Source: Alphaproteobacteria bacterium (GTDB taxonomy: Bacteria; Pseudomonadota; Alphaproteobacteria; RF32; CAG-239). From it: DNA of 64,000 nucleotides. Numbering within the stretch: position 1 is the stretch's first letter; the number at the start of each line of letters is the position of its first letter. Where the stretch lies: positions 1,954 to 65,953 of the forward strand of contig JAZRCM010000002.1 of NCBI GenBank assembly GCA_045659785.1, written 5' to 3'. Below the pieces are notes generated by a model that saw only the letters and a program-made list of their open reading frames with translations, did no database searches and had not been told where the DNA came from. The translations under genes were made by a program, and so were the position numbers. Shown one piece after another: positions 8,365 to 16,616 of the stretch.

Positions 8365-9183
8365 TTAGATAATATCTCTCACGCTTTTTTGTCCGTTACC
8401 TGCCTGATTCATATTGAAAAAGGCATTGATGGTGATGTCATCGTATCGGAGCTGATACAAACCACCCTTCTCTATCATTTGACGTTTTTTGTTGAGCCAA
8501 TAATAGTTACCGAAGTTTTTGGTCTTGTAAAACTGCTCAGGGCGAAGGTCGAGAATGTTCTCAGCATTTAAGATGCCCATATAAGCTGCTCCTTGTACCC
8601 AATGTCTCTTGAGCAATCCGTTAGCACGTTTTCCGGCAGAACGACGATAACGTGTCATACAATTAACACAATATTCATCGCTTTCTCCGTCGTTGACAGC
8701 CTCCAAAAATTTGCTCGGAGCCTGAACATATCGCCCATCAAGGCTGTAACCGGTAACGTTTTCTCCGCCTACATTGTACATAAATAACGCACAGCCGATA
8801 ATCTGTTCATCGCTCAACTTGCGTTTGTCGAAGTGTTTGAAGAACGGTACAAGGCGGTTTTCAATATGGTAAATACACCATTCTTTACCTACCTTCTTGC
8901 TGACAATGTCCTTCTTAGTTACATAGTCACCATTAGGCTTAACAGTAACACCATACCAAGATGTCCATCGAGCTCCGCAGTGGTATGGTTTACCCTGACC
9001 TTTGTCGCCTTCAATGAGAGCGATAAAGGTAAAGATGTCCTCACTGAGTTCGGTTGCTCGAGCAACGTTGTACTCTGCCGCGTTCTTACTTCTTCTTGAA
9101 CCGTTTCCGCCACAAGTGAAACAAAGGGTCATAATGACCGCAAAAATTGCCAATATGGCAATAATCTGAGATTTTTTCTTCAT
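8365..9183 (-). CDS. Exported GH24 (phage-type) lysozyme-like protein, lipoprotein-like, with a C-terminal extension of about 90 aa.
   Basis: Signal peptide with Cys. IALIEGDKGQGKPYHCGARWTSWYGVTV resembles the lysozyme E...Y...T.GYG motif. LSDEQIIGCALFMYNVGG and AGKRANGLLKRH resemble the GL.RRR.E tail. Confidence 0.5.
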   Translation of the reverse strand: MKKKSQIIAILAIFAVIMTLCFTCGGNGSRRSKNAAEYNVARATELSEDIFTFIALIEGDKGQGKPYHCGARWTSWYGVTVKPNGDYVTKKDIVSKKVGKEWCIYHIENRLVPFFKHFDKRKLSDEQIIGCALFMYNVGGENVTGYSLDGRYVQAPSKFLEAVNDGESDEYCVNCMTRYRRSAGKRANGLLKRHWVQGAAYMGILNAENILDLRPEQFYKTKNFGNYYWLNKKRQMIEKGGLYQLRYDDITINAFFNMNQAGNGQKSVRDII

Positions 9184-9303
9184 ATAATAGTATTTTAATA
9201 AGGTTTCTAGGCTTACAGAATAACATTTTTATAAAATAAGTCAAGTTTTTTGCACAAAAAAAGCACGTTTTGTCTAACGTGCTTTTTAGGTTTCTATGTA
9301 AAA

Positions 9304-9747
9304 TTATTCAGGTTTTTGTGCGGTTAAAATAACTCCGTCTTTTATACCGGTTATTTTTACATCATCGCCGGATTTAAGATTATCTTCGCACTCAACCAGC
9401 CATACGGTATCACCGATAGACACTTTTGAACGACCATCGACAACATCTTGAACCAACTTAAAACGACGACCGATATATTGTGCAGCAGGATTGTTCAAAT
9501 TTTTACTTTCCGGAGCCACTTTAGCCAAATTCATCAGCTTTTTATATACATATAACCCGATTATGGCACAAATTGCAGCGATAACCGAAAATACTATCAC
9601 TTGTTGCGTAGTGGTAAGAGTAACAAAACTCACTACTCCGACCATTATTAAGGCGGCGAAACCGAACCAAATAACATAAGTTCCGGGAATAAAGAACTCT
9701 AACAATACAAGTCCTAATCCCAATGAAAGCCAATGAATATAATTCAT
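9304..9747 (-). CDS. NfeD-family membrane protein, partner of the SPFH protein.
   Basis: Two or three N-terminal TM helices plus a C-terminal soluble OB-like domain. Lies directly downstream of the stomatin-like gene. Confidence 0.7.
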   Translation of the reverse strand: MNYIHWLSLGLGLVLLEFFIPGTYVIWFGFAALIMVGVVSFVTLTTTQQVIVFSVIAAICAIIGLYVYKKLMNLAKVAPESKNLNNPAAQYIGRRFKLVQDVVDGRSKVSIGDTVWLVECEDNLKSGDDVKITGIKDGVILTAQKPE

Positions 9748-9756
9748 AACAAACTC

Positions 9757-10674
9757 CTATTTTTTGTTATCCATAACTTCTTTGGCAATCTCTGCAATTC
9801 CGGCCAATGAACCGATAAGATTTTGTGTATCCATCGGCAACATTAACAATTTTTGGTTTGGAGAAGTTACGATACCTTGCAAAGCTTCTACATATTTAAC
9901 ACCTAAGAAATAATTTAGGGCTTTAGCATCACCTTGAGCTATTGCATCAGACAGCATTTTTGTTGCATTTGCTTCGGCTTCTGCTGCACGTTCACGAGCT
10001 TCTGCAGCACGGAAAGCTGCTTCTCTTTCACCTTCTGCCTGCAAAATACGAGATTGTTTTTCACCTTCTGATTTCAAAATTTCTGATTGGCGAACACCTT
10101 CAGCTTCCAAAATGTTGGCACGTTTTTCACGCTCTGCCTTCATTTGACGAGCCATCGCATCTATCAAATCACGCGGTGGTGTAATATCCTTGATTTCAAC
10201 ACGGGTAACTTTAACCCCCCAAGGGATTGTTGCATCATCTACGACCGACAACAAACGCTGATTTATGGAATCACGTTGAGACAGAAGTTCGTCAATTTCC
10301 ATACCGCCGATAACCGTACGAATGTTGGTCATAACAAGGTTTAGAATAGCCAAATCCAAATCTCTTACCTGATAAGCGGCATTTTCTGCTTTTTGAATTT
10401 GAAAGAACAATACACCGTCAACCGTTACCATCGCATTATCACGAGTAATAACTTCTTGAGACGGAACATCCAAAACTTGTTCCATACGATTGATTTTTGC
10501 ACCTATTTTTTCCAAAATCGGAACTAAAATATGAAATCCCGGTTCAAGCGAACGAGTATATTTTCCTAAAAATTCAACAGTATATTCATATCCCTGTCGA
10601 ACGATTACGACCGAATTTACCAATGCCACAACAATGAGTATCAGCAAAACTATGGCAACGATTTCTATTCCCAT
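9757..10674 (-). CDS. SPFH/band-7 (stomatin/QmcA-like) protein.
   Basis: N-terminal TM, then VVIVRQGYEYTVEFLGKYTRSLEPGFHILVPILE, then a coiled-coil Ala/Glu-rich tail. Likely start is MGIEIV; the ORF track extends to 10710. Confidence 0.8.
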   Translation of the reverse strand: MGIEIVAIVLLILIVVALVNSVVIVRQGYEYTVEFLGKYTRSLEPGFHILVPILEKIGAKINRMEQVLDVPSQEVITRDNAMVTVDGVLFFQIQKAENAAYQVRDLDLAILNLVMTNIRTVIGGMEIDELLSQRDSINQRLLSVVDDATIPWGVKVTRVEIKDITPPRDLIDAMARQMKAEREKRANILEAEGVRQSEILKSEGEKQSRILQAEGEREAAFRAAEARERAAEAEANATKMLSDAIAQGDAKALNYFLGVKYVEALQGIVTSPNQKLLMLPMDTQNLIGSLAGIAEIAKEVMDNKK

Positions 10675-10740
10675 TTTATCCTCACTAAAAAAGTTAAAAC
10701 ATATTAGCATTGTATTGCTTTATATAATTTATGCAATACA

Positions 10741-11206
10741 TTATTTAATAATATCCGCTAAACTGAATTTTATAACTTTAGCCAAATCATCCGGTCTTAA
10801 TTCTATTTGAAAACCTATCTTGCCACCACTAAAAATTATGGTTTCAAAATTTGATGCCGATTGATGTATTGTTGTCTTAAAAAATTTTTTCATACCAATT
10901 GGAGAGCAACCTCCGTGAACATAGCCGGTTAACCCTAAAAGTTCTTTAGATTTAACCATTTCTATTGACTTTTCCCCAACCGCAACTGCCGCTTTTTTTC
11001 AAATCTAATTCTTCCGCAACCGGAACTAAAAAAACATAGTTACTGCCGGATTTTGCAACCGTAACCAAAGTTTTAAATACCTGTTCAGGATTTTCTCCTA
11101 ATTCCTCGGCAATTTCTGTTCCGCTAAGTGAATGATTATACAAATATTCCTTATAAGGAATTTTCATACTATCCAACTTGCGCATTGCATTTGTTTTATC
11201 TGCCAT
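10741..11206 (-). pseudogene. ybaK: ybaK (Cys-tRNA(Pro) deacylase) disrupted by a 1-nt insertion in an A7 homopolymer (plus-strand T7 at 10993-10999).
   Basis: The two track ORFs (10952-11206 and 10741-10959) align to the N- and C-halves of E. coli YbaK. Removing one A restores ...[37 protein letters not shown]. Confidence 0.75.
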
Positions 11207-11210
11207 ATTT

Positions 11211-11657
11211 TTACCATATCATAAGTAATGTTCCGAGAGTTATCAATGCCCCTCCTCCGATAACCTTCCAAGTAACAGCCTCTTTTAAGAAGATAAAAGC
11301 CATAACCATGGTTATCACAACACTGAATTTGTCAACAGGAACAACTTTTGAAGCATCACCGATTTGTAAAGCTTTGAAATAAAACAACCATGACAGTCCG
11401 GTAGCACATCCGGATAAAATCAAAAAAGTCCAACTTTTTGCCGTTATATTAGGAATTTGGTGAGCGGTTCCGGTAGCAAAAACTATTCCGAAAGTAATAA
11501 GCAAAATAACAACCGTACGAATTGCAGTTCCTAAATTAGAGTCAACATTTTCAATTCCGATTTTTGCCAATATTGAAGTTAAGGCAGCAAAAAATGCTGA
11601 CAATAAAGCATATACAACCCACATATTTTTACCTTTTCCGTTAAATATTGAAAACAT
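11211..11657 (-). CDS. Small 4-TM EamA/DMT-superfamily membrane protein (ArnE/ArnF- or SMR-like size).
   Basis: 148 aa with four hydrophobic helices. Abuts a GT2 gene. Confidence 0.5.
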   Translation of the reverse strand: MFSIFNGKGKNMWVVYALLSAFFAALTSILAKIGIENVDSNLGTAIRTVVILLITFGIVFATGTAHQIPNITAKSWTFLILSGCATGLSWLFYFKALQIGDASKVVPVDKFSVVITMVMAFIFLKEAVTWKVIGGGALITLGTLLMIW

Positions 11658-11669
11658 TTCACACCTTGT

Positions 11670-12485
11670 TTATTTTTGATTTTTTTTGCAATTAAATTGT
11701 TGAATAATCATATTCTCATCCATTTTTGTAGGACGTAATCTTTTTTCAACACCATTACAAGCATAGTTCAAAAAGTAATAAAGTCTTGCATAAGCCGGCA
11801 AATTCTTTTCATTCCAATAACGTTTCAGAGTATTTTTTGCCATTTTAAGTTTATTTTTACTCAACTGCTTGTCTCTAACTCTATATAAAGTCAAAACTTC
11901 GTTTAAGCCGTGGAATTTTTTACCTTCTCTCAGGTATCCCATCCAAACACGTGCATCTTCACAAAGTTCTCTGTCTTTAGGAAATTCTATTCTGTCAACT
12001 TGTTTTCGGTCAATCATTACCGATGACATACCTATTTGTGTTGTCTTCATATATTTCGCTAAATCAACTTCTTCATCAACATTGACTTTTCCGCTGGTTT
12101 TCAATTCCCCGTCTTCAGTCATAAAAGCATAAGACGTATGTGATAAAGCTGCACCTTTTTCTTCCATAAAAGCAACTTGTTTTGAAAGTTTATGTTTTGA
12201 CCATAAGTCATCTGAATCCAAAAATGCAATATACTGCCCTTGCGCTTGAGAAATGGCATAATTACGGCAAACACTTACACCGCTGTTTTCCGGCATATCG
12301 AAAACTTTTATTCTGTCGTCTTCCGTCGCATATTTTTGAGCTTCTTGCAAGGTATTATCCGTAGAGGCATCGTTAACTATAATAAGTTCCCAATCAGGAT
12401 ACGTTTGTGCTTGTACCGATTGAATTGTATGCTTTAAAAACTTTTCGCAGTTATATGCTGGCATAATGACTGAAACTTTTACCAT
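11670..12485 (-). CDS. Family 2 glycosyltransferase.
   Basis: VSVIMPAYNCEKFL...IIVNDASTDNT...FLDSDDLW, i.e. the GT2 signatures DxD and DSDD. Confidence 0.8.
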   Translation of the reverse strand: MVKVSVIMPAYNCEKFLKHTIQSVQAQTYPDWELIIVNDASTDNTLQEAQKYATEDDRIKVFDMPENSGVSVCRNYAISQAQGQYIAFLDSDDLWSKHKLSKQVAFMEEKGAALSHTSYAFMTEDGELKTSGKVNVDEEVDLAKYMKTTQIGMSSVMIDRKQVDRIEFPKDRELCEDARVWMGYLREGKKFHGLNEVLTLYRVRDKQLSKNKLKMAKNTLKRYWNEKNLPAYARLYYFLNYACNGVEKRLRPTKMDENMIIQQFNCKKNQK

Positions 12486-12562
12486 ATCCGGCTCCTTATC
12501 TTTTAGAGATATTATTACTTAATATTAGGTATTGGTCAATCATATTTACAAAAAAAGCGGAA

Positions 12563-13189
12563 TTATCCGCTTTTTTTAACTGTTACGATATTTGGCTCAA
12601 CAGCTTTTTTTATAGGAACCGAATTTACAGCTACTTTTTCTTGTATTACTCTTTGTTTGTTTCCTTTCTTAACAACCGTTTCTTTAATTTTAGTTTCTTT
12701 TTGAGCAATTGTTGTGTTTTTGTTTTCTTTTTTAGCAACTGTTTTTTGCGGTTGTTTTACCTCCTTTTTAGCTACGGTTTTATTGTTTGTAGTTGGCTTT
12801 TTATTATTTTGAGCTACCGTATTATTCTTTTTAGGTTCTTGTTTTTTATTATTTTGAGCAACCGTATTATTCTTTTTAGGCTCTTGTTTTTTATTATCTG
12901 TCTTTTGGACCTGTTTTTTAGGTTCAGTTTTCTTTTTCTCAGCCTTTTTAACAACTTTTTTTGATGGTTCTTTTTTTACAATGGTATTATTAATAACTTT
13001 TGTGGGTTGAACAATCTTGTAGTTGTTTGTTTCGTAGTGATAAACATTTGTATTGCTGTAACTGTCATAAGGGTATGAATACGAATATGAATAAGTCGAA
13101 TAACCTTCATACGGATATGTTGATATGGCACATCCTGATGCAAATATAACTACTGACAAGCTACAAAATATTTTTATAAAACTTTTCAT
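12563..13189 (-). CDS. Lipoprotein with a Lys-rich repetitive C-terminal region.
   Basis: Signal peptide ending ...FASGC (lipobox-like). Tandem 15 aa repeats KKQEPKKNNTVAQNN. Confidence 0.55.
   Translation of the reverse strand: MKSFIKIFCSLSVVIFASGCAISTYPYEGYSTYSYSYSYPYDSYSNTNVYHYETNNYKIVQPTKVINNTIVKKEPSKKVVKKAEKKKTEPKKQVQKTDNKKQEPKKNNTVAQNNKKQEPKKNNTVAQNNKKPTTNNKTVAKKEVKQPQKTVAKKENKNTTIAQKETKIKETVVKKGNKQRVIQEKVAVNSVPIKKAVEPNIVTVKKSG
12801..12890. repeat. Tandem direct repeat of 45 bp, two copies (two mismatches), inside the lipoprotein gene.
   Basis: TTATTATTTTGAGC[T/A]ACCGTATTATTCTTTTTAGG[T/C]TCTTGTTTT occurs twice in tandem. Confidence 0.8.
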
Positions 13190-13335
13190 ATCGATTCTCC
13201 GTTTTTTGTTATCATACCCTCTACAACGAAAGAACTTTTATTAAGGTTCAAAAAAATAAAAATATTGACTTTTGTCAATTTTGTCTTTATATTCAAGTTT
13301 AGTAACAATCAATTATTCACATAAATTTTTATCTT

Positions 13336-13794
13336 ATGACTCAAACATCAATTTTGCTTGATCAGGCTCGTTTGGATTATACCAACGCATTAAATGTCCT
13401 GACACTTGTTGAAATGCGTATAATCTCGGTTTCTGCCGAAGATTTGATGTATGCTTATTTGGTCGCCACCGAGTGGTGTAACTGGTTCAAGAACCCTGAT
13501 GCCGAAGGCAGTCCTCTTACCAAGTTTGGTCCTAACCATCCTGATTATAGCAGTGTGCTTAGCATGATGGAAGACAGTGTAAGAAATTTGGAAGACAACC
13601 TGATGATGGAAATGCCTGCCGTGTACATCGTGTTCTCACAGCTCAACCCTAATCTGGTCGCAATCAGCAAACAGGAAGACAAGTCCGGTGTACTGGAAAG
13701 CACAAAGCGATACATCAAATCGCTTGAACTTACCGCAAACTTCTACAAAGAAAGAGACGGTAGAGATGCTTTCCTCAATAAGCTTAAGGCTTAA
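13336..13794 (+). CDS. Hypothetical protein (152 aa) with clearly higher GC and a different codon style from its neighbours.
   Basis: ORF with local GC of about 45% against about 33% around it. Followed by a bidirectional terminator. Confidence 0.5.
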   Translation: MTQTSILLDQARLDYTNALNVLTLVEMRIISVSAEDLMYAYLVATEWCNWFKNPDAEGSPLTKFGPNHPDYSSVLSMMEDSVRNLEDNLMMEMPAVYIVFSQLNPNLVAISKQEDKSGVLESTKRYIKSLELTANFYKERDGRDAFLNKLKA

Positions 13795-13811
13795 GTGCTT
13801 CATTGTCACAA

Positions 13812-13848
13812 AAAAAACTCGTTGAAAAAATCAACGAGTTTTTGCTTT
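13812..13848. terminator. Bidirectional hairpin terminator.
   Basis: AAAAAAACTCGTTGAAAAAATCACGAGTTTTT-type hairpin with A-run and T-run flanks, lying between convergent genes. Confidence 0.65.
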
Positions 13849-13849
13849 T

Positions 13850-14335
13850 TTAGGCATTAGTAGAACCTAATCCCCCTTCTCTGATACCAACTGCTTCATC
13901 ATCATAAGTGATACCATAAGGTAAAAATATCCCTTGGCAAAAAGCTTTGCCGGCATCTATGTGTAAATGTTGTTTGCCGTCATTACAAAGTTTTACCCAA
14001 ATATGTCCTTCATTATCGGAATTATCAAAATAATCTTCATCAATAATCCCCACCGAATTACCAAGACGAGCATGAAACTTGAAGCCTAATCCCGATTTTG
14101 GAAAAATCCCTAAAAACCAACCGTTTTCTACTTTACACTTCAGACCTGTCGGAACTTTTAATGCTTCACCCGGAGCTAAATCTATATCAAATAATGTTTT
14201 TATATCATAACCGGCAGAACCTTTTGTTGCTCTTGTCGGCAATATTATATCATCGTATTTAATTATCGGATTTGATACGTCTTTATTGTATTGCTCAATA
14301 GATATTTTCTCAAATTTTCCAACCTTAGCCGTCAT
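13850..14335 (-). CDS. dut: dUTP diphosphatase (dUTPase) family protein with a divergent N-terminus.
   Basis: dUTPase motifs: KGSAGYDI, PKSGLG, LGNSVGIIDEDY, and C-terminal REGGLGSTN. Confidence 0.65.
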   Translation of the reverse strand: MTAKVGKFEKISIEQYNKDVSNPIIKYDDIILPTRATKGSAGYDIKTLFDIDLAPGEALKVPTGLKCKVENGWFLGIFPKSGLGFKFHARLGNSVGIIDEDYFDNSDNEGHIWVKLCNDGKQHLHIDAGKAFCQGIFLPYGITYDDEAVGIREGGLGSTNA

Positions 14336-14450
14336 TTGTTTTTCCTTTTATTATCTTTAGTAGGCTTTATATTTAATATATTTTATTTGCAAATACAAAC
14401 AAAAAAAGCCTTTGCATTTTGCAAAGGCTCGATAAAAAGATTTTCACAGA

Positions 14451-14747
14451 TTAGTCAAATGATGTTCCCCATATTCCGACATTCCACGAAATAACAACAA
14501 TCCACATTGCTATTATACCAATGTCAGTTATCTGATGTTCAAAGAACGGCATACCCACCAGATACGCAAGTCCCATAAACAATACTGCTAAAAACGCATA
14601 TAGCAGTCCATACTTTAAAGATGTATCACGACGAAACACCTGTCTTGTAAAAATACCGGAAACTGTTCCTAAAATTAGCATTCCGAGAACACGAAAAATT
14701 CCTCCTATTCCGAAAGAAGTAATCGCATATAAAAGCTCCTGTTCCAT
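14451..14747 (-). CDS. Small hypothetical membrane protein.
   Basis: 98 aa with three hydrophobic segments. Confidence 0.4.
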   Translation of the reverse strand: MEQELLYAITSFGIGGIFRVLGMLILGTVSGIFTRQVFRRDTSLKYGLLYAFLAVLFMGLAYLVGMPFFEHQITDIGIIAMWIVVISWNVGIWGTSFD

Positions 14748-14912
14748 AATAAGATTTTTTAAGGATTAATAATTATCAACTGTATGAACACAATATAATA
14801 AAAAAACTTTTTTGTCCAGTTTTTATTGTTAATAATCGTAATATTTTTGTTATTAAACTTAGAAAATTGTATATCATTTGCATAGTTTTGATATTTAACA
14901 AGCAGGTGGAAT

Positions 14913-15581
14913 ATGCTCAAAAAAATATTTTTATCTCCCTTTTTTATGCCGATGTTTTTCGTTATGGTGTGGGGCGGTTTTGTTGCTTATGTTTTTATAA
15001 ATCATAGTGATAACATTTTATCTTTCGTAAAAAACGGTCCGGTAATCGAAGATACATCACATTTAGGATATATGCTGTTGGTTGCCGCTTTGCTTTGGTA
15101 TTGTGACGACTTTAGAGATAAAATTAAAAGTTGGGGTATATTTTTGTTTTTAAGTATGTGCGCTTTTTTGAGAGAATACGGAATACATCGTCATCTTTCA
15201 AAAACGGATACCACACCTTTCAAATCTCGTTTTTTCTTAAATCCCGATAATCCGGTAGGAGAAAAAATTGTTTTCGGAATATTGCTGATTATAATTGCTG
15301 CTGCAGTTATATATTTGGCTGTAAAGTATTCAAAGTTTTTAGTTACGTCATTTTTCAAGCTTAATACAATAAGTTGGTCTGTTGCAACAATGTGTACTAT
15401 TGGTGTTGCTTCTAAAATAATAGACAGATTTCCTGCTAATTATCGTAAATCGACAGGAGTTGAGCTATCCGAGAATACTTATGCAATTATGCAACTGGTA
15501 GAAGAATCAAGCGAGATGTTTCTGCCTTATTTAGCAATATTTATAATTATTCAATACCATTTAGAACTTAAAAAACGTTAG
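14913..15581 (+). CDS. Hypothetical integral membrane protein.
   Basis: 222 aa with multiple TM helices. Confidence 0.45.
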   Translation: MLKKIFLSPFFMPMFFVMVWGGFVAYVFINHSDNILSFVKNGPVIEDTSHLGYMLLVAALLWYCDDFRDKIKSWGIFLFLSMCAFLREYGIHRHLSKTDTTPFKSRFFLNPDNPVGEKIVFGILLIIIAAAVIYLAVKYSKFLVTSFFKLNTISWSVATMCTIGVASKIIDRFPANYRKSTGVELSENTYAIMQLVEESSEMFLPYLAIFIIIQYHLELKKR

Positions 15582-15673
15582 TTTTTTGCATTTTTTTCAA
15601 AATCTTACAAAAAAGTTGAAAAAAACTGTTGCAAAATATATTTTTTGTTGCTAATAGTATTGCGTTATCCGAA

Positions 15674-15750
15674 CGGGACTTAGCTCAGCCTGGTAGAGCG
15701 CTTGCTTTGGGAGCAAGATGTCGTAGGTTCGAATCCTATAGTCCCGACCA
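15674..15750 (+). tRNA. tRNA-Pro (anticodon TGG).
   Basis: Manual fold. Acceptor CGGGACT pairs with AGTCCCG, then A and CCA. Anticodon stem CTTGC/GCAAG with loop TTTGGGA. T-loop TTCGAAT. Confidence 0.85.
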
Positions 15751-15757
15751 AACATAA

Positions 15758-15790
15758 AAACCTTACCCTTGTGGTGAGGTTTTTTTGTTT
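15758..15790 (+). terminator. Terminator after tRNA-Pro.
   Basis: Hairpin ACCTTACCCTTGTGGTGAGGT followed by T7. Confidence 0.65.
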
Positions 15791-15895
15791 GAATGGCTGG
15801 CTCAGGGTTCGAACCTACAAAAGTAGGTTTGAAAACAAGCGGTAGGCAGACGGGAGTATGCCGGTGCGAAGCAACCGTGCAGTTTCGACGAAGTC

Positions 15896-15915
15896 AATCC
15901 TATAGTCCCGACCAG
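15896..15915 (+). repeat. Partial direct duplicate of the tRNA-Pro 3' end (19/20 nt AATCCTATAGTCCCGACCA). It is followed by its own terminator hairpin at 15924-15952.
   Basis: 15896-15915 matches 15731-15750 with one mismatch. The downstream region repeats the tRNA-end, terminator, palindrome unit with divergence. Confidence 0.75.
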
Positions 15916-16016
15916 ATACAAAAAAAAGCCGCCTTTATGGTGGCTTTTTTGTGTCTGAATTAGGGAGTTAGGATTTGAACCTACGGAAGTAGGTTCGACT
16001 ACCAATTTTTATCACC

Positions 16017-16598
16017 TTATTCCTTCGGAATATAGAATTTATTTTCGTTTTTCAGTTTATTATAGTGTTCTATATCTCTATATTTGAACACTTTTGCAGG
16101 ATTGCCTCCTGCTATGGCATAAGCCGGTATCTCTCCGTGAACAACGGCACCACCTTGTATTATTGCGCCCTCGCCTATTTTTGTTCCGGGTAACAATGTT
16201 ACTCTTGATCCCATCCAAACACAATCGCCGATTATGACATCCTTTTTGATAACATCTTTTCCATAAGGGATTGTATCGCTCTCATAATTATGATTTTGTG
16301 TTAAAACCAATATATCTTGCCCACCGATAACATAATTTCCGGTAACAAACTTACCGCTTCCCATAACTCTAATTCCGTTAAAAGCATTATAATCACCGAT
16401 ATATGTAGATTTACTGAATTTCGATTTTCCGCCGATACGCAATCTTTTTCCTACTTTTTTTGCTTTCATACGAACATTGATTATATCAAGATTATAAAAC
16501 GGACTACACAAAAACACGCAATCCAAAAAACTTCTGACTTTTTTTCGTAATTTTGAAAAAGGTATCCAAAAAGTTAGTAAGCGAACAACTATTTTCAT
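16017..16598 (-). CDS. Hexapeptide-repeat (left-handed beta-helix) acyltransferase, likely a sugar O-acetyltransferase.
   Basis: GDCVWMGSRVTLLPGTKIGEGAIIQGGAVVHGEIPAYAIAGGNPAKV is a hexapeptide-repeat segment. N-terminal hydrophobic stretch. Confidence 0.7.
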   Translation of the reverse strand: MKIVVRLLTFWIPFSKLRKKVRSFLDCVFLCSPFYNLDIINVRMKAKKVGKRLRIGGKSKFSKSTYIGDYNAFNGIRVMGSGKFVTGNYVIGGQDILVLTQNHNYESDTIPYGKDVIKKDVIIGDCVWMGSRVTLLPGTKIGEGAIIQGGAVVHGEIPAYAIAGGNPAKVFKYRDIEHYNKLKNENKFYIPKE

Positions 16599-16616
16599 AT
16601 CAAAAACTCCTTTTTT

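Noticed and set aside
12641-12964. 107 aa plus-strand ORF antisense to the Lys-rich lipoprotein gene.
   Set aside because: Shadow ORF produced by the repetitive AAG/AAA-rich sequence on the other strand.
15797-15845. Possible minus-strand tRNA (the reverse complement GTAGGTTCGAACCCTGAGCCAGCCA looks like a tRNA 3' end).
   Set aside because: No complementary acceptor 5' strand, D-arm or anticodon arm can be folded upstream. Interpreted as a tRNA-Pro T-arm-derived palindromic fragment.
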